Shown one piece after another: positions 21,535-31,450 of a stretch of DNA of 64,000 nt. Made by a program: the position numbers and the translations under genes. Under the pieces are notes generated by a model that was given only the letters and a program-made list of their open reading frames with translations, was not told the DNA's origin and made no database searches. The stretch's first letter is position 1, and every line of letters starts with the position of its first letter. Origin of the DNA: Gammaproteobacteria bacterium (GTDB lineage Bacteria > Pseudomonadota > Gammaproteobacteria > UBA4575); assembly GCA_965222615.1 (NCBI GenBank), contig CBDCUI010000008.1, positions 736,001 through 800,000 of the forward strand, given 5' to 3'.

Positions 21535-22674
21535 TTGTTAAAAGTTTTAAACGTAAATTTGTCTATAGATGTAAAAAGTGGCGGGGGTACTGCAGAACGT
21601 ACTTTTCAATTAACTAGGTCATTATCAAAAATAGGTGTCAAGTGTAAATTATTAGCACTTGATTTTGATTATTCAAAAGACAGGCTTGATAAGATAGAAA
21701 ATGTGGAACTTATAACTCTTCCATGTATAAATAGAAGATTTTATATCCCCATTCCCTTAATAAATAAAGTAAAAAATTTAGTAAATGATGTAGATATTAT
21801 TCATATGATTGGCCACTGGACATTATTAAATGTGCTAGTTTATTTAATGGCTAAGCATTATCATAAGCCTTATGTGTTATGTCCTGCCGGTGCACTATCA
21901 TATTTAGGACGTTCTAAAAGATTAAAAGCTATTTATAATTTGGTTGTGGGTCATCGTATTATCCAAAATTCTGCTGCTTGTATTGCAATTACACAAGACG
22001 AAATCTCTGATATTAGTAAATATGGTGTTGACAAATCGAAAATTATTCACTTTCCTAATGGTATAAATGAAAATGAATTCAAGGAAACTAGCGTAATAGA
22101 TTTTCGTCTAAAGTTTGGGTTAGCACCAACTAAAATAATATTGTTTGTTGGTAGATTAAATTTCATAAAAGGGGTCGATTTATTATTTAATGCATTTTGC
22201 AATATTTGTGATCAGATACCAGATTATCAACTTGTAATTGCTGGTCCTGATGAAGGGTTGAAAAAAAATTTAGAGAAAAAAATCTACCAGTACGATTTAG
22301 CTGATCGTATTAAATTAATTGGTTTTTTAAATGCTAAATATAAGGGTAGTGCTTATCAATCTTCAAGTTTATTAGTCATACCATCTCGCAGTGAAGCAAT
22401 GTCTATTGTTGTTCTTGAGGCCGGTATAAATGGAAAGGCAGTATTGATTACAGATAGATGTGGTTTTGATGAGATAAGGCAGGTAAATGGAGGTGAAGTT
22501 GTTGAAGCAAGTGTTACCGGGATTGAAAAGGGACTGTTAAACATATTATCTGATAACAGCAAGCTAAGTACTATGGGGGCAAATTTAAGAAGCTATGTTA
22601 AGCAAAATTATCTATGGGAAAATATTGCTCAAGACCATCTTGATCTTTTTAAAAAAATCGTTCAATTAGATTAA
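21535..22674 (+). CDS. Glycosyltransferase family 4
   Basis: GGTAE, FPNGI, LFVGRLNFIKG, IAGPD, PSRSEAMSIVVLEA. Confidence 0.92.
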   Translation: MLKVLNVNLSIDVKSGGGTAERTFQLTRSLSKIGVKCKLLALDFDYSKDRLDKIENVELITLPCINRRFYIPIPLINKVKNLVNDVDIIHMIGHWTLLNVLVYLMAKHYHKPYVLCPAGALSYLGRSKRLKAIYNLVVGHRIIQNSAACIAITQDEISDISKYGVDKSKIIHFPNGINENEFKETSVIDFRLKFGLAPTKIILFVGRLNFIKGVDLLFNAFCNICDQIPDYQLVIAGPDEGLKKNLEKKIYQYDLADRIKLIGFLNAKYKGSAYQSSSLLVIPSRSEAMSIVVLEAGINGKAVLITDRCGFDEIRQVNGGEVVEASVTGIEKGLLNILSDNSKLSTMGANLRSYVKQNYLWENIAQDHLDLFKKIVQLD

Positions 22675-22683
22675 AATTAAATC

Positions 22684-25131
22684 ATGAATTTCTTTTTCCC
22701 AATGGCATTTGGGCTCAATTTTTTTGCCATAACGGGTCTTATGGTTTACTTAAGTCTTATTGGTAAAAGTGAGCTAGCAGCTGATATGGCTATAGTTCAG
22801 GCATCTACAACTGCATTGTTTTATGCTTTTTCTGGTAATGCGCGGAGTCTAATACTGAATGATAAATCGTCAATATCAATTGACGATATTCTTGCTATCA
22901 GATGTACGCTAATTTTGCCACTAAGTATTATTTCTGTATTTCTTAGTATTTATATTTCAGGTGTAAGCTGGTTTTTTGCAATATTACTTATATTAAGAAG
23001 AGGGGGTGAATGGTTAAATGAAATATATTTAAGTAAAAATGAAATTGATAAGAAATATAATCATGCAAAAAACTATTTTTTAATACAGTGTATAACGCTT
23101 TTATTAGTTTTTATATCAATAAATGTAAATAATAATTATTTTTATCTCGCATTATTATTATGGTCAGTAACACCACTATTGAATACAGCTAACTATTTAA
23201 TTAAGAAAGTAAATCTTAGGTTATTCAACTATATTAATTCTTCAAAACTCTTACCCCACTTAGGCTCTACAGCAGTAATTGGAATCGGAGTATACGTTTT
23301 TCGTTTGGTTATCCTATCATTAGTAGAAAAACCAGTTGCAGGAGATCTGTTTGCAGCTTTTGCAATTGGGGGAATCATTGCATCTATTTTTGTGCAAGCT
23401 GTTGGTCCAAGTATAGTTGTGCAAGATAGATCTATAGCAAGATCTTCAGTGCATAATTACTTTCACTTATTAAATATTGGTTTGGTTATTTTAGGGATTC
23501 TTTTTATAAGCTTATCTTGGAACAACTATGATGCACTATTGTTAATAGGTAAAAAAGGATTTTATATTGCTGCAATAGGATTCTCGCTAATTGGCGGTAC
23601 ATTAATGACGTATGCACAACATGCAAGAATAAAAATTCTGCAACAGTATAAAAATTTAGATGTATATGGGCCTGATGTGTTAATAAATATTATTTTTATA
23701 ACATCAGTACCATTCGCTTACTATATTTTCGGTAAAAATATTTTACCTACTCTATTTCTGTTTTCAGCGATTATTAATTATATATTCTATTTTAGTTACT
23801 CATTTGCAATTAAAGAAAAGACAGAAAGCATTGAAACTATAATTCCGCTCTCTTACATTAAATATATAATATTTTCATTGATACTAATCCCAATATTTAT
23901 TCATATAAGTTCATGTATAGACAGCTGGTGTATTTTCAAAGAAAAGTTTCCTTACTATGATACTAAAGGGGTATTATTAAATCTGCCTATACCAGTATCT
24001 ATATTAGCATGCATGACTGGTTTAATTTTGTTTAATAATTATAAGAAGTCAAGGTTAACTATGACAGTTATTCTAATGTTTTTTGTATTATTAGTTATAT
24101 CAGTAGTAGTTAGCACTAATGGAGATCTGGGACTTCAGCAATCTAAAATGATATTAATGATGCAATTCATCATTCCTGCGCTAGCCTTAATCTTAGGACA
24201 GCTAATATATAAAAATGTTATTGATTTGAAATTAATGTCAAAAGCCTTCTTTTATATCATTTTAATATTAGTCCCAACTCAACTTGTAGTAACTTGGTTG
24301 GGGGGAAATCTGGTACTTATCCCTTATTTATATTTTTTCAGCTTTTATCAACATCTGCAGTACGGGCCTGTAGTTATAGTCACAGCATATATAATAATAT
24401 TGTTTGTTCTCAGCAGCGATCAAAAATATAAATATATACTTTTTCTGTTAATGCCATTGGTTGGAGTTTATACAGTTGCGTCCGTGTCTAGGTTAGCTAT
24501 TGCGTTCTTTTTATTATGTATCATCATATTTGCATGGCTTGAACGTAGTAGGAACGCAAATAAATTATTACTAGTTAGTATAGTTGTTACATTAATTTCG
24601 ATGAGTGGCTATTTTCCACTTGCATTAAAACATTCATACCTATATCAAGATAAATTATTTGGAGAGCATTATCAAGATAAACTATTTGGAGAACATTCGA
24701 GCCAGATATACTCTCAAAGCCGTTCATTTTACTGGGAGTATTACTTAAGTAAAATACAAGAAAATAAAACAATATTATTATTTGGTGATAAAGAAAGACC
24801 AGATAGGAGTATTTATCCGAGTGCACATAATTATTATCTTGATTTAGTATATAATTTTGGGGTCTTTTCGCTTGTTCCTATACTTTGGCTGATCATTTAC
24901 ACCATAAAAAATATAATTAAATCTAGGCGAAAAATATTTGCGTCTATACCGATTATCGGTATTACCCTGACAACAACATTTCTAATTATAGTAGATAACT
25001 TTTTCAAAGTGGGACTTAGGCAGCCTTATCCAGGTATTTTTTCGTTTTTTCTTTGGGGTCTTTTATTAGGAATTTTATTAAGCTTGCAAGATGAAAGGCA
25101 AAATTATGACAGCACATCATTAGCTACATGA
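22684..25131 (+). CDS. Large polytopic membrane protein: N-terminal flippase-like region fused to C-terminal O-antigen ligase/polymerase (Wzy_C/WaaL-like) region
   Basis: 815 aa, hydrophobic throughout. C-terminal half has SVSR, SRSFYW...LLFG and SAHNYYLDLVYNFG; N-terminal half has a Wzx-like RLVIL...VAGDLFAAFAI...GPS segment. Confidence 0.65.
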   Translation: MNFFFPMAFGLNFFAITGLMVYLSLIGKSELAADMAIVQASTTALFYAFSGNARSLILNDKSSISIDDILAIRCTLILPLSIISVFLSIYISGVSWFFAILLILRRGGEWLNEIYLSKNEIDKKYNHAKNYFLIQCITLLLVFISINVNNNYFYLALLLWSVTPLLNTANYLIKKVNLRLFNYINSSKLLPHLGSTAVIGIGVYVFRLVILSLVEKPVAGDLFAAFAIGGIIASIFVQAVGPSIVVQDRSIARSSVHNYFHLLNIGLVILGILFISLSWNNYDALLLIGKKGFYIAAIGFSLIGGTLMTYAQHARIKILQQYKNLDVYGPDVLINIIFITSVPFAYYIFGKNILPTLFLFSAIINYIFYFSYSFAIKEKTESIETIIPLSYIKYIIFSLILIPIFIHISSCIDSWCIFKEKFPYYDTKGVLLNLPIPVSILACMTGLILFNNYKKSRLTMTVILMFFVLLVISVVVSTNGDLGLQQSKMILMMQFIIPALALILGQLIYKNVIDLKLMSKAFFYIILILVPTQLVVTWLGGNLVLIPYLYFFSFYQHLQYGPVVIVTAYIIILFVLSSDQKYKYILFLLMPLVGVYTVASVSRLAIAFFLLCIIIFAWLERSRNANKLLLVSIVVTLISMSGYFPLALKHSYLYQDKLFGEHYQDKLFGEHSSQIYSQSRSFYWEYYLSKIQENKTILLFGDKERPDRSIYPSAHNYYLDLVYNFGVFSLVPILWLIIYTIKNIIKSRRKIFASIPIIGITLTTTFLIIVDNFFKVGLRQPYPGIFSFFLWGLLLGILLSLQDERQNYDSTSLAT
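24643..24696 (+). repeat. 27-bp in-frame tandem duplication (YQDKLFGEH x2)
   Basis: TATCAAGATAAATTATTTGGAGAGCAT / TATCAAGATAAACTATTTGGAGAACAT, two synonymous differences. Confidence 0.95.
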
Positions 25132-25146
25132 GGTTCGGATAAAAAA

Positions 25147-26370
25147 TTGAAAGTACTGGTTGTATCTCAATACTTTTGGCCGGAAAGTTTTCGCATTAAT
25201 GATTTAGTAAAAGATCTGCAGTCTAGGGGGCATGAAATAACAATTTTCACTGGGCTGCCTAACTACCCGGGTGGCACAATATTTTCAGGGTACTGTAAAT
25301 TTTGTTGGCAAACCGAAGATTATAAAGGCATAGAAGTAAAGCGCGTACCTTTGATTCCACGTGGGAAAGGTAGCTCTATGCGTTTGGCTTTGAATTATTT
25401 TTCATTTGCTTTGTTTTCTTGTTTATCTGCTCCCTTTAGTTTGAGAAAAAACTATGATGTGATTTTTGTTTATGAACCATCTCCCATAACAGTTGGGCTT
25501 CCAGCAGTTGTTCTTAAGAAAATTAAAAAAATACCAGTCATATTTTGGGTGCAAGACTTATGGCCTGAAAGTCTTTCCGCAACAGGTGCAGTAAAGTCAA
25601 CTTTTCTAATAAAAATGGTCAACCATCTGGTACATTATATCTACCATGCATGTGATCTTATTTTAGTTCAGTCAAAAGCATTTATTCCTTCTATTATGAA
25701 TTTTGGAGTAGATAAAAACTGTATTCATTATTTTCCTAACAGTGCAGAAAAACTGTATAGACCGATTAATGGCGACGATATGGAATTTATTGATGATTTA
25801 CCAGATGGTTTCCGTGTTATTTTTGCAGGTAATATTGGTTCTGCCCAATCTATAGAAACTGTTCTTGAGGCAGCTGTGATTTTAAAAAGTAAGTCGTCTA
25901 TTCACTGGGTCATAATTGGTGATGGTCGTAAAAAGAAATGGCTGGAAGATGAGATAGTTAAACAGCAATTAGTGTCTACTGTACATCTTTTTGGGCAAAA
26001 ACCGTTGGAAGATATGCCGAAATATTTTGCTGTTGCAGATGTACTTTTGGCAACTCTCAAACAGGACCCTATTTTTGCACTGACAATTCCAAGTAAAATT
26101 CAATCTTACTTAGCTTGTGGTAAAGCTGTTGTTGCTGCAATCGATGGCGAGACTGCGTCTGTAATTAAGGATTCAGGTGGAGGGGTTTCAGTGCCAGCCG
26201 AAAACGCAGAGAAATTAGCTGCAGCGGTACTTGATTTATATAGTATGTCTAAGGAAGAAAGAATAGAAATGGGAGATCGTGGTCGACAATATTTTGAAGA
26301 GCACTTTGAAAGTGATAAATTGGTGAACCAACTTGAAAACTGGATGATCAATTTAACTCAAGCCATATAA
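25147..26370 (+). CDS. Glycosyltransferase family 4, WbuB-like
   Basis: SQYFWPE, GLPNYPGG, VQDLWPES, FAGNIGSAQ, IPSKIQSYLACG. Confidence 0.9.
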   Translation: MKVLVVSQYFWPESFRINDLVKDLQSRGHEITIFTGLPNYPGGTIFSGYCKFCWQTEDYKGIEVKRVPLIPRGKGSSMRLALNYFSFALFSCLSAPFSLRKNYDVIFVYEPSPITVGLPAVVLKKIKKIPVIFWVQDLWPESLSATGAVKSTFLIKMVNHLVHYIYHACDLILVQSKAFIPSIMNFGVDKNCIHYFPNSAEKLYRPINGDDMEFIDDLPDGFRVIFAGNIGSAQSIETVLEAAVILKSKSSIHWVIIGDGRKKKWLEDEIVKQQLVSTVHLFGQKPLEDMPKYFAVADVLLATLKQDPIFALTIPSKIQSYLACGKAVVAAIDGETASVIKDSGGGVSVPAENAEKLAAAVLDLYSMSKEERIEMGDRGRQYFEEHFESDKLVNQLENWMINLTQAI

Positions 26371-26372
26371 AT

Positions 26373-27239
26373 ATGAGGATTTTAATATTCGGTGGGGATG
26401 GTATGCTCGGCCATCAGCTACTAAAATCGTATGACCAGCGATACGAAGTAGTTGTTACTCTTCATAATGATCCAAGTAAATATGAACCTTATAAAATCTT
26501 TGATTCGAACAATTCATTATATAAAGTCGAAGCATCTAATTATGATCAAGTCAAAAGGATATTCAGCAGTCTTAAACCAGATGTAGTGATTAATTGCATA
26601 GGTATCGTAAAACAAAGAAAGGATTCAACAGATGCAATTAAGAGTATAAGGGTTAATGCTTTGTTGCCACACCAACTATCATTATTATGTGCTGAAAATA
26701 ATGCAAGATTGATACAAATTAGTACAGATTGTGTTTTTTCTGGAGCTAAAGGCGACTATATGGAATCTGACATTCCTGATGCGACAGATATTTATGGTAG
26801 ATCAAAGTTGCTAGGTGAGGTAATTACAGAAAATTCGATAACTTTGCGAACATCGATTATTGGGTTAGAACTATCTCGAAAACAAGGTTTAATCGAATGG
26901 TTTCTTGCTCAAAGTGGTACAATAAAAGGTTACAGTAAAGCGATCTTTACTGGATTCACGACCTCAGAGCTAGCCTCTATAATTGAATTATTGATAACGC
27001 AACACACAGATCTCTCAGGCCTATGGCATGTAGCATCAAGCCCAATTAGTAAGTATCAATTATTGAGTGATTTAGCAATGAAATTGGGCAGACAAGACAT
27101 TGAAATTATAGAAGATAAGGAATTTCAATGCGATCGAAGCCTAAACGGAACAAGATTTAGAGAGGCTACAGGCTACATTCTCCTATCTTGGGATAAAATG
27201 CTTGATAAACTAGTCGGACAAATAACCAATCGTGAATAG
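26373..27239 (+). CDS. RmlD-like nucleotide-sugar reductase (probable QnlA/WbvR-type)
   Basis: GGDGMLG, ISTDCVFSG, YGRSKLLGE, LRTSIIG; lies next to fnlA-like and 2-epimerase genes. Confidence 0.8.
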   Translation: MRILIFGGDGMLGHQLLKSYDQRYEVVVTLHNDPSKYEPYKIFDSNNSLYKVEASNYDQVKRIFSSLKPDVVINCIGIVKQRKDSTDAIKSIRVNALLPHQLSLLCAENNARLIQISTDCVFSGAKGDYMESDIPDATDIYGRSKLLGEVITENSITLRTSIIGLELSRKQGLIEWFLAQSGTIKGYSKAIFTGFTTSELASIIELLITQHTDLSGLWHVASSPISKYQLLSDLAMKLGRQDIEIIEDKEFQCDRSLNGTRFREATGYILLSWDKMLDKLVGQITNRE

Positions 27240-27248
27240 TTTGAAATA

Positions 27249-28313
27249 ATGTATCTTCAAGATAAAAAAATATTAGTTACGGGCGGCACCGGATCTTTAG
27301 GTAAGACACTTGTACGTAGATTACTTGCAGGTGATAAAGGAACGCCAAAAAAAGTTATTGTTTTGTCACGTGATGAGGCGAAGCAGCACAATATGCGTAT
27401 GGAATATATGCATAAAACTGTTACAACAGATGAAGTAATTTATAATAATTTTAAACAGATTTTAGAGTTCCGAATTGGCGATGTGCGAGACTATCATGAT
27501 GTATGTACCGCATTAAAAAATGTAGATATTGTGGTTAATGCTGCTGCTCTAAAGCAGGTGCCGACATGCGAATATTTTCCAGGCCAAGCAGTGCAGACAA
27601 ATTGTATGGGTGTGCAAAATATTGTTAACGCAATAGTAGAAAATCAATACCCGGTTGAAACCGTTTTAGGTGTTAGTACGGATAAGGCATGTAAGCCTGT
27701 TAATGTAATGGGTATGACAAAGGCTATACAAGAAAGAATTTTTATTTCGGCAAATGTTATTGCACCAGAAACAAGATTCGTCTGTGTTAGGTATGGAAAT
27801 GTCCTTGCCTCACGTGGATCTGTAATTCCATTATTTCGTGATCAAATCCAAAATGAGGGTCCTGTAACAATAACAAATCCAAATATGACTAGATTTCTTT
27901 TGAGCCTAAATCAGGCAGTGGATTTGATTTTTGCCGCTTTACAAGAGGCTAATGCCGGCGAAACATATATACCTCGTGTACCTTCGGCAACAGTGCAAAA
28001 CATCGCACATGCACTTATTGGCAAAAAAGATATTTCGATTAATGTTGTTGGCGAACGTCCAGGTGAAAAATTGCATGAAATACTTGTTTCAGAGGAAGAA
28101 TGTCGTCATACGATCCTTAGAGGTGATTATTACGTAATTTTACCTATGTTACCTGAGCTGTGTGAATTAGAAAAAACAGTAGGCGTACTTAATAAAGAGT
28201 ATAGCTCAGGTGATGAAGTTGTATCATTAGAAGAAACAATCAAGCTTTTGAAGTCTCATAGCCTATTGATAGATCAGTCAAATTTAACGGAATCACAAGA
28301 ACTTTTAGTTTAG
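27249..28313 (+). CDS. fnlA: UDP-GlcNAc 4,6-dehydratase/5-epimerase (FnlA/CapE/WbjB family)
   Basis: TGGTGSLG, SRDEAKQ, AAALKQVPTCE, STDKA, MGMTKA, RYGNVLASRGSVIP, RPGEKLHE. Confidence 0.85.
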   Translation: MYLQDKKILVTGGTGSLGKTLVRRLLAGDKGTPKKVIVLSRDEAKQHNMRMEYMHKTVTTDEVIYNNFKQILEFRIGDVRDYHDVCTALKNVDIVVNAAALKQVPTCEYFPGQAVQTNCMGVQNIVNAIVENQYPVETVLGVSTDKACKPVNVMGMTKAIQERIFISANVIAPETRFVCVRYGNVLASRGSVIPLFRDQIQNEGPVTITNPNMTRFLLSLNQAVDLIFAALQEANAGETYIPRVPSATVQNIAHALIGKKDISINVVGERPGEKLHEILVSEEECRHTILRGDYYVILPMLPELCELEKTVGVLNKEYSSGDEVVSLEETIKLLKSHSLLIDQSNLTESQELLV

Positions 28314-28326
28314 ACCAAGTTTAAAA

Positions 28327-29457
28327 ATGTTAAAAGTTGCGACTATTGTAGGGACACGTCCCGAGTTTATAAAACTCTGTCGCGTTATCGCAGAATTAGA
28401 TAACCAATTTAATCATGTGCTTATTCATACCGGTCAAAATTATAACTATGAATTAAACCAAGTATTTTTTGATGAACTTGAAATATCTAAACCAAAGCAT
28501 TTTTTAGATGTTGCTGAAAGTTCTTCTTCTGAAACTATAGGCAACGTAATTATTAATGCGCACAAAGTTCTACTGACTGAAAAACCGGATGCAGTTCTTA
28601 TTTATGGTGATACCAACTCTTGTTTATCTGCGATTGCTGCAAAGAGATTACGAATACCTGTATTTCATATGGAGGCGGGAAATCGTTGCTTCGATGAGCG
28701 AGTTCCAGAAGAAATCAATAGACGTATTATTGACCATATCAGTGATATCAATATGCCATTGACTGAACATGCACGAAGATATTTGATTCAAGAAGGCATA
28801 AATCCAGAAATGATTATCAAAACTGGTTCTACCATGAAAGAGGTGCTTGACCACTATTCTGATAAAATTTCTAAATCGAATATTCTTAGTGAATTAAATC
28901 TTTCAAAAAATAAGTATATTTTAGTGAGTGCGCATCGAGAAGAGAATGTTGATGTTGTGGATCGATTAAAGAATTTAATGAATTCATTAGAGAATTTAGT
29001 TAATAAATACAATGTTCCTATCTTATTCTCTACTCATCCAAGAACAAAAAAACGTCTCGAAGAGATGAACCTGGATATAAATGGGCCGAATATAAAATTA
29101 ATGAAGGCCTTTGGGTTTTTAGATTATGTTCAACTTCAAAAAAATGCATTTTGTATAATTTCAGATAGTGGGACTATTACAGAGGAAGCATCTATTCTAA
29201 ACTTGCCTGCTATTACAATACGACAAGCTCATGAACGTCCGGAGGGTATGGATCAGGGTGTTTTAGTGATGAGTGATATTTCAAGCAAGCAGATAAATGA
29301 AGCTGTCGATATGGTTATCTCACAATATCATTCTGGGACACATACTAATAAAGTTGTAGCTGATTATGATGAAGGAAAAGTTTCTGAAAAAGTAGCTCGA
29401 ATTATTCTCAGCTATACGGATTATGTCAATCGAACGGTATGGTATCAGCCGACTTAA
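28327..29457 (+). CDS. Non-hydrolysing UDP-N-acetylhexosamine 2-epimerase (FnlC/WbjD/QnlB type)
   Basis: VGTRPE, HTGQNY, GDTNS, HMEAGNRCFD, PEEINR, SDSGTITEE, ERPEG. Confidence 0.9.
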   Translation: MLKVATIVGTRPEFIKLCRVIAELDNQFNHVLIHTGQNYNYELNQVFFDELEISKPKHFLDVAESSSSETIGNVIINAHKVLLTEKPDAVLIYGDTNSCLSAIAAKRLRIPVFHMEAGNRCFDERVPEEINRRIIDHISDINMPLTEHARRYLIQEGINPEMIIKTGSTMKEVLDHYSDKISKSNILSELNLSKNKYILVSAHREENVDVVDRLKNLMNSLENLVNKYNVPILFSTHPRTKKRLEEMNLDINGPNIKLMKAFGFLDYVQLQKNAFCIISDSGTITEEASILNLPAITIRQAHERPEGMDQGVLVMSDISSKQINEAVDMVISQYHSGTHTNKVVADYDEGKVSEKVARIILSYTDYVNRTVWYQPT

Positions 29458-30425
29458 GTGGTAAAACATGCTTGGTAACAGGGGCATCAGGGTTTATAGG
29501 GTCATATCTATGCGATGAGTTAATGAAGCGAGGTGTAATAGTCAAGGCTTTATTGCATACGAATACAAATGGAAATTGGAATGCAAGTTACACATGTAAA
29601 TTAGGTCAGCAGCTAATTCCTGAGCAGGCGTTGCAAGATGTAGATGTTATTTTTCATCTCGCAGGTAGAGCTCATTCACTAATTGATAGTAGTAATGAAA
29701 ACCAACTATATTATCAAACCAATGTGGAAGGAACGCGCTCATTGCTTGAAGCTGCACGAAACTCAAATATAAATAAGTTTATTTTTTTCAGTAGTGTTAA
29801 ATCAATGGGAGAAGAAAGTAATATTCAGTTAAATGAAACCACTGAGCCAAAGCCAGTTACGGTATATGGAAAAAGTAAACTTGAGGCTGAACAGTTGGTA
29901 CTTAATAGTGAGTATGTTTCATCGCCGACAGTGTTAAGGTTGACAATGGTATATGGAAATACAAATAAAGGTAATTTGCCAAAAATGATAAAAGCGATCT
30001 CAAAAAACTGGTTTCCACCTTTTCCCAAGATTGATAACAAACGCTCAATGATTCATGTTAATGATGTTGTACAAGCTGCACTTCGAGCGGCATCAAGCGA
30101 TAAAAGTATAGGGCAGGTTTATATATTGTGTGATGGTATTGATTATTCTACGCGAAAACTGTATGAAAATATTCGTGAATCTATGGGAAAGAAAGTTCCT
30201 AGATGGGGTGTTCCTTTATCAAGTTTATCCTTTATCGCAAAAATTGGAGACATGCTTAAAATTATAATAGGTCGACGTATTTTATTTGATTCAGACAACT
30301 TACAAAAGCTAATTGGAAATTCTTATTACAGTTCTGAAAAAATAAAGAATGAGCTAGGTTTTACTCCTCAATATAATTTGTATAGCGTGATGCCAGATAT
30401 TATTGCTAGCTTGAATACGGAATGA
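29439..30425 (+). CDS. NAD-dependent epimerase/4-reductase (WbpV/WbpK-like)
   Basis: TGASGFIG, HLAGRAH, SSVK, YGKSKLEAE; precedes wbpL-wbpM. Confidence 0.8.
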   Translation: MVSADLSGKTCLVTGASGFIGSYLCDELMKRGVIVKALLHTNTNGNWNASYTCKLGQQLIPEQALQDVDVIFHLAGRAHSLIDSSNENQLYYQTNVEGTRSLLEAARNSNINKFIFFSSVKSMGEESNIQLNETTEPKPVTVYGKSKLEAEQLVLNSEYVSSPTVLRLTMVYGNTNKGNLPKMIKAISKNWFPPFPKIDNKRSMIHVNDVVQAALRAASSDKSIGQVYILCDGIDYSTRKLYENIRESMGKKVPRWGVPLSSLSFIAKIGDMLKIIIGRRILFDSDNLQKLIGNSYYSSEKIKNELGFTPQYNLYSVMPDIIASLNTE

Positions 30426-31450
30426 TTGCACTGTTGATAACAATTGGCGTAGTCATTTTAACTTGGCTCCTTTGTCTCTTAATTTCTAATCCTTCTTCCA
30501 GATTATATGTATTAGATAATCCAACCCATCGTTCATTACATGATGTTCCAAAGCCGAAAACGGGAGGGTTAGCAATTTTTACCGTTATATTGATTTCGTG
30601 GTTGATAATTACATTTACGCGTGATACGGAAAAATTTTTTTATTATTTAATAATAGGTATGATCTTGTTAGCAATAATTTCATATTTAGATGATCGAATT
30701 TCAATTCCACAGATATGGAGATTGATTGCTCATTTTATTGCGGCTGTCCTGTTGATAGTTGGTGGGCTAGAGCTATCAGCCAATGAGTTTTCAGTAATTG
30801 AATCAGCTGAGGGCAGTCTTTTATTGCATATAATAACTATTTTTACGATTGTATGGATGATCAATCTTTTCAATTTTATGGATGGAATGGATGGGTTGGC
30901 CGGTGGGATGTGCGTTATCGGCTTTAGCTGTTTAAGTTGGTTAGGATGGGCTGCTGGAAATAATCTATACATGACTACTGCACTTATTGTTGCAGCAGCT
31001 AACTTAGGTTTTTTGCTACGTAATTTCCCCCCAGCAAAAATATTTATGGGTGATGTAGGATCTATTACAATGGGTTATTTGGTAGCATTCTTTTCATTAT
31101 GGGGAATACATTCTAAAATATTTCAATGGTGGGTTCCTATATTACTATTTTCCCCATTTATCGTGGATGCTACGGCTACGCTAATCAGGCGTTTTTTGCG
31201 TGGTGAAAAAGTTTGGGAGGCACATAAATCTCATTATTATCAAAGGCTTGTTCAGCATGGTTGGGGGCATAGGAAAACTGCTATATTTGAATATATCTTA
31301 ATGTTTGCAGCAGCATGTTCTGTGATATTTTTACAAGCTGAAAGTCATACAAATTGGGTGGCACACTTCTCATTATTATGGATTCTCACTTACATCCTTA
31401 TTATATGGTTGATTAGTCGTTTAGGGACTAATACAGGTCATCGTCAATGA
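30422..31450 (+). CDS. wbpL: Undecaprenyl-phosphate HexNAc-1-phosphate transferase (MraY/WecA/WbpL family)
   Basis: RSLH..P.PKTGG, YLDD, NLFNFMDGMDG, IFMGDVGS, AHKSHYYQRL. Confidence 0.88.
   Translation: MIALLITIGVVILTWLLCLLISNPSSRLYVLDNPTHRSLHDVPKPKTGGLAIFTVILISWLIITFTRDTEKFFYYLIIGMILLAIISYLDDRISIPQIWRLIAHFIAAVLLIVGGLELSANEFSVIESAEGSLLLHIITIFTIVWMINLFNFMDGMDGLAGGMCVIGFSCLSWLGWAAGNNLYMTTALIVAAANLGFLLRNFPPAKIFMGDVGSITMGYLVAFFSLWGIHSKIFQWWVPILLFSPFIVDATATLIRRFLRGEKVWEAHKSHYYQRLVQHGWGHRKTAIFEYILMFAAACSVIFLQAESHTNWVAHFSLLWILTYILIIWLISRLGTNTGHRQ

Noticed and set aside
26373-27239. rmlD / dTDP-rhamnose pathway
   Set aside because: rmlABC are absent from the cluster; the context fits a QnlA/WbvR-type reductase.
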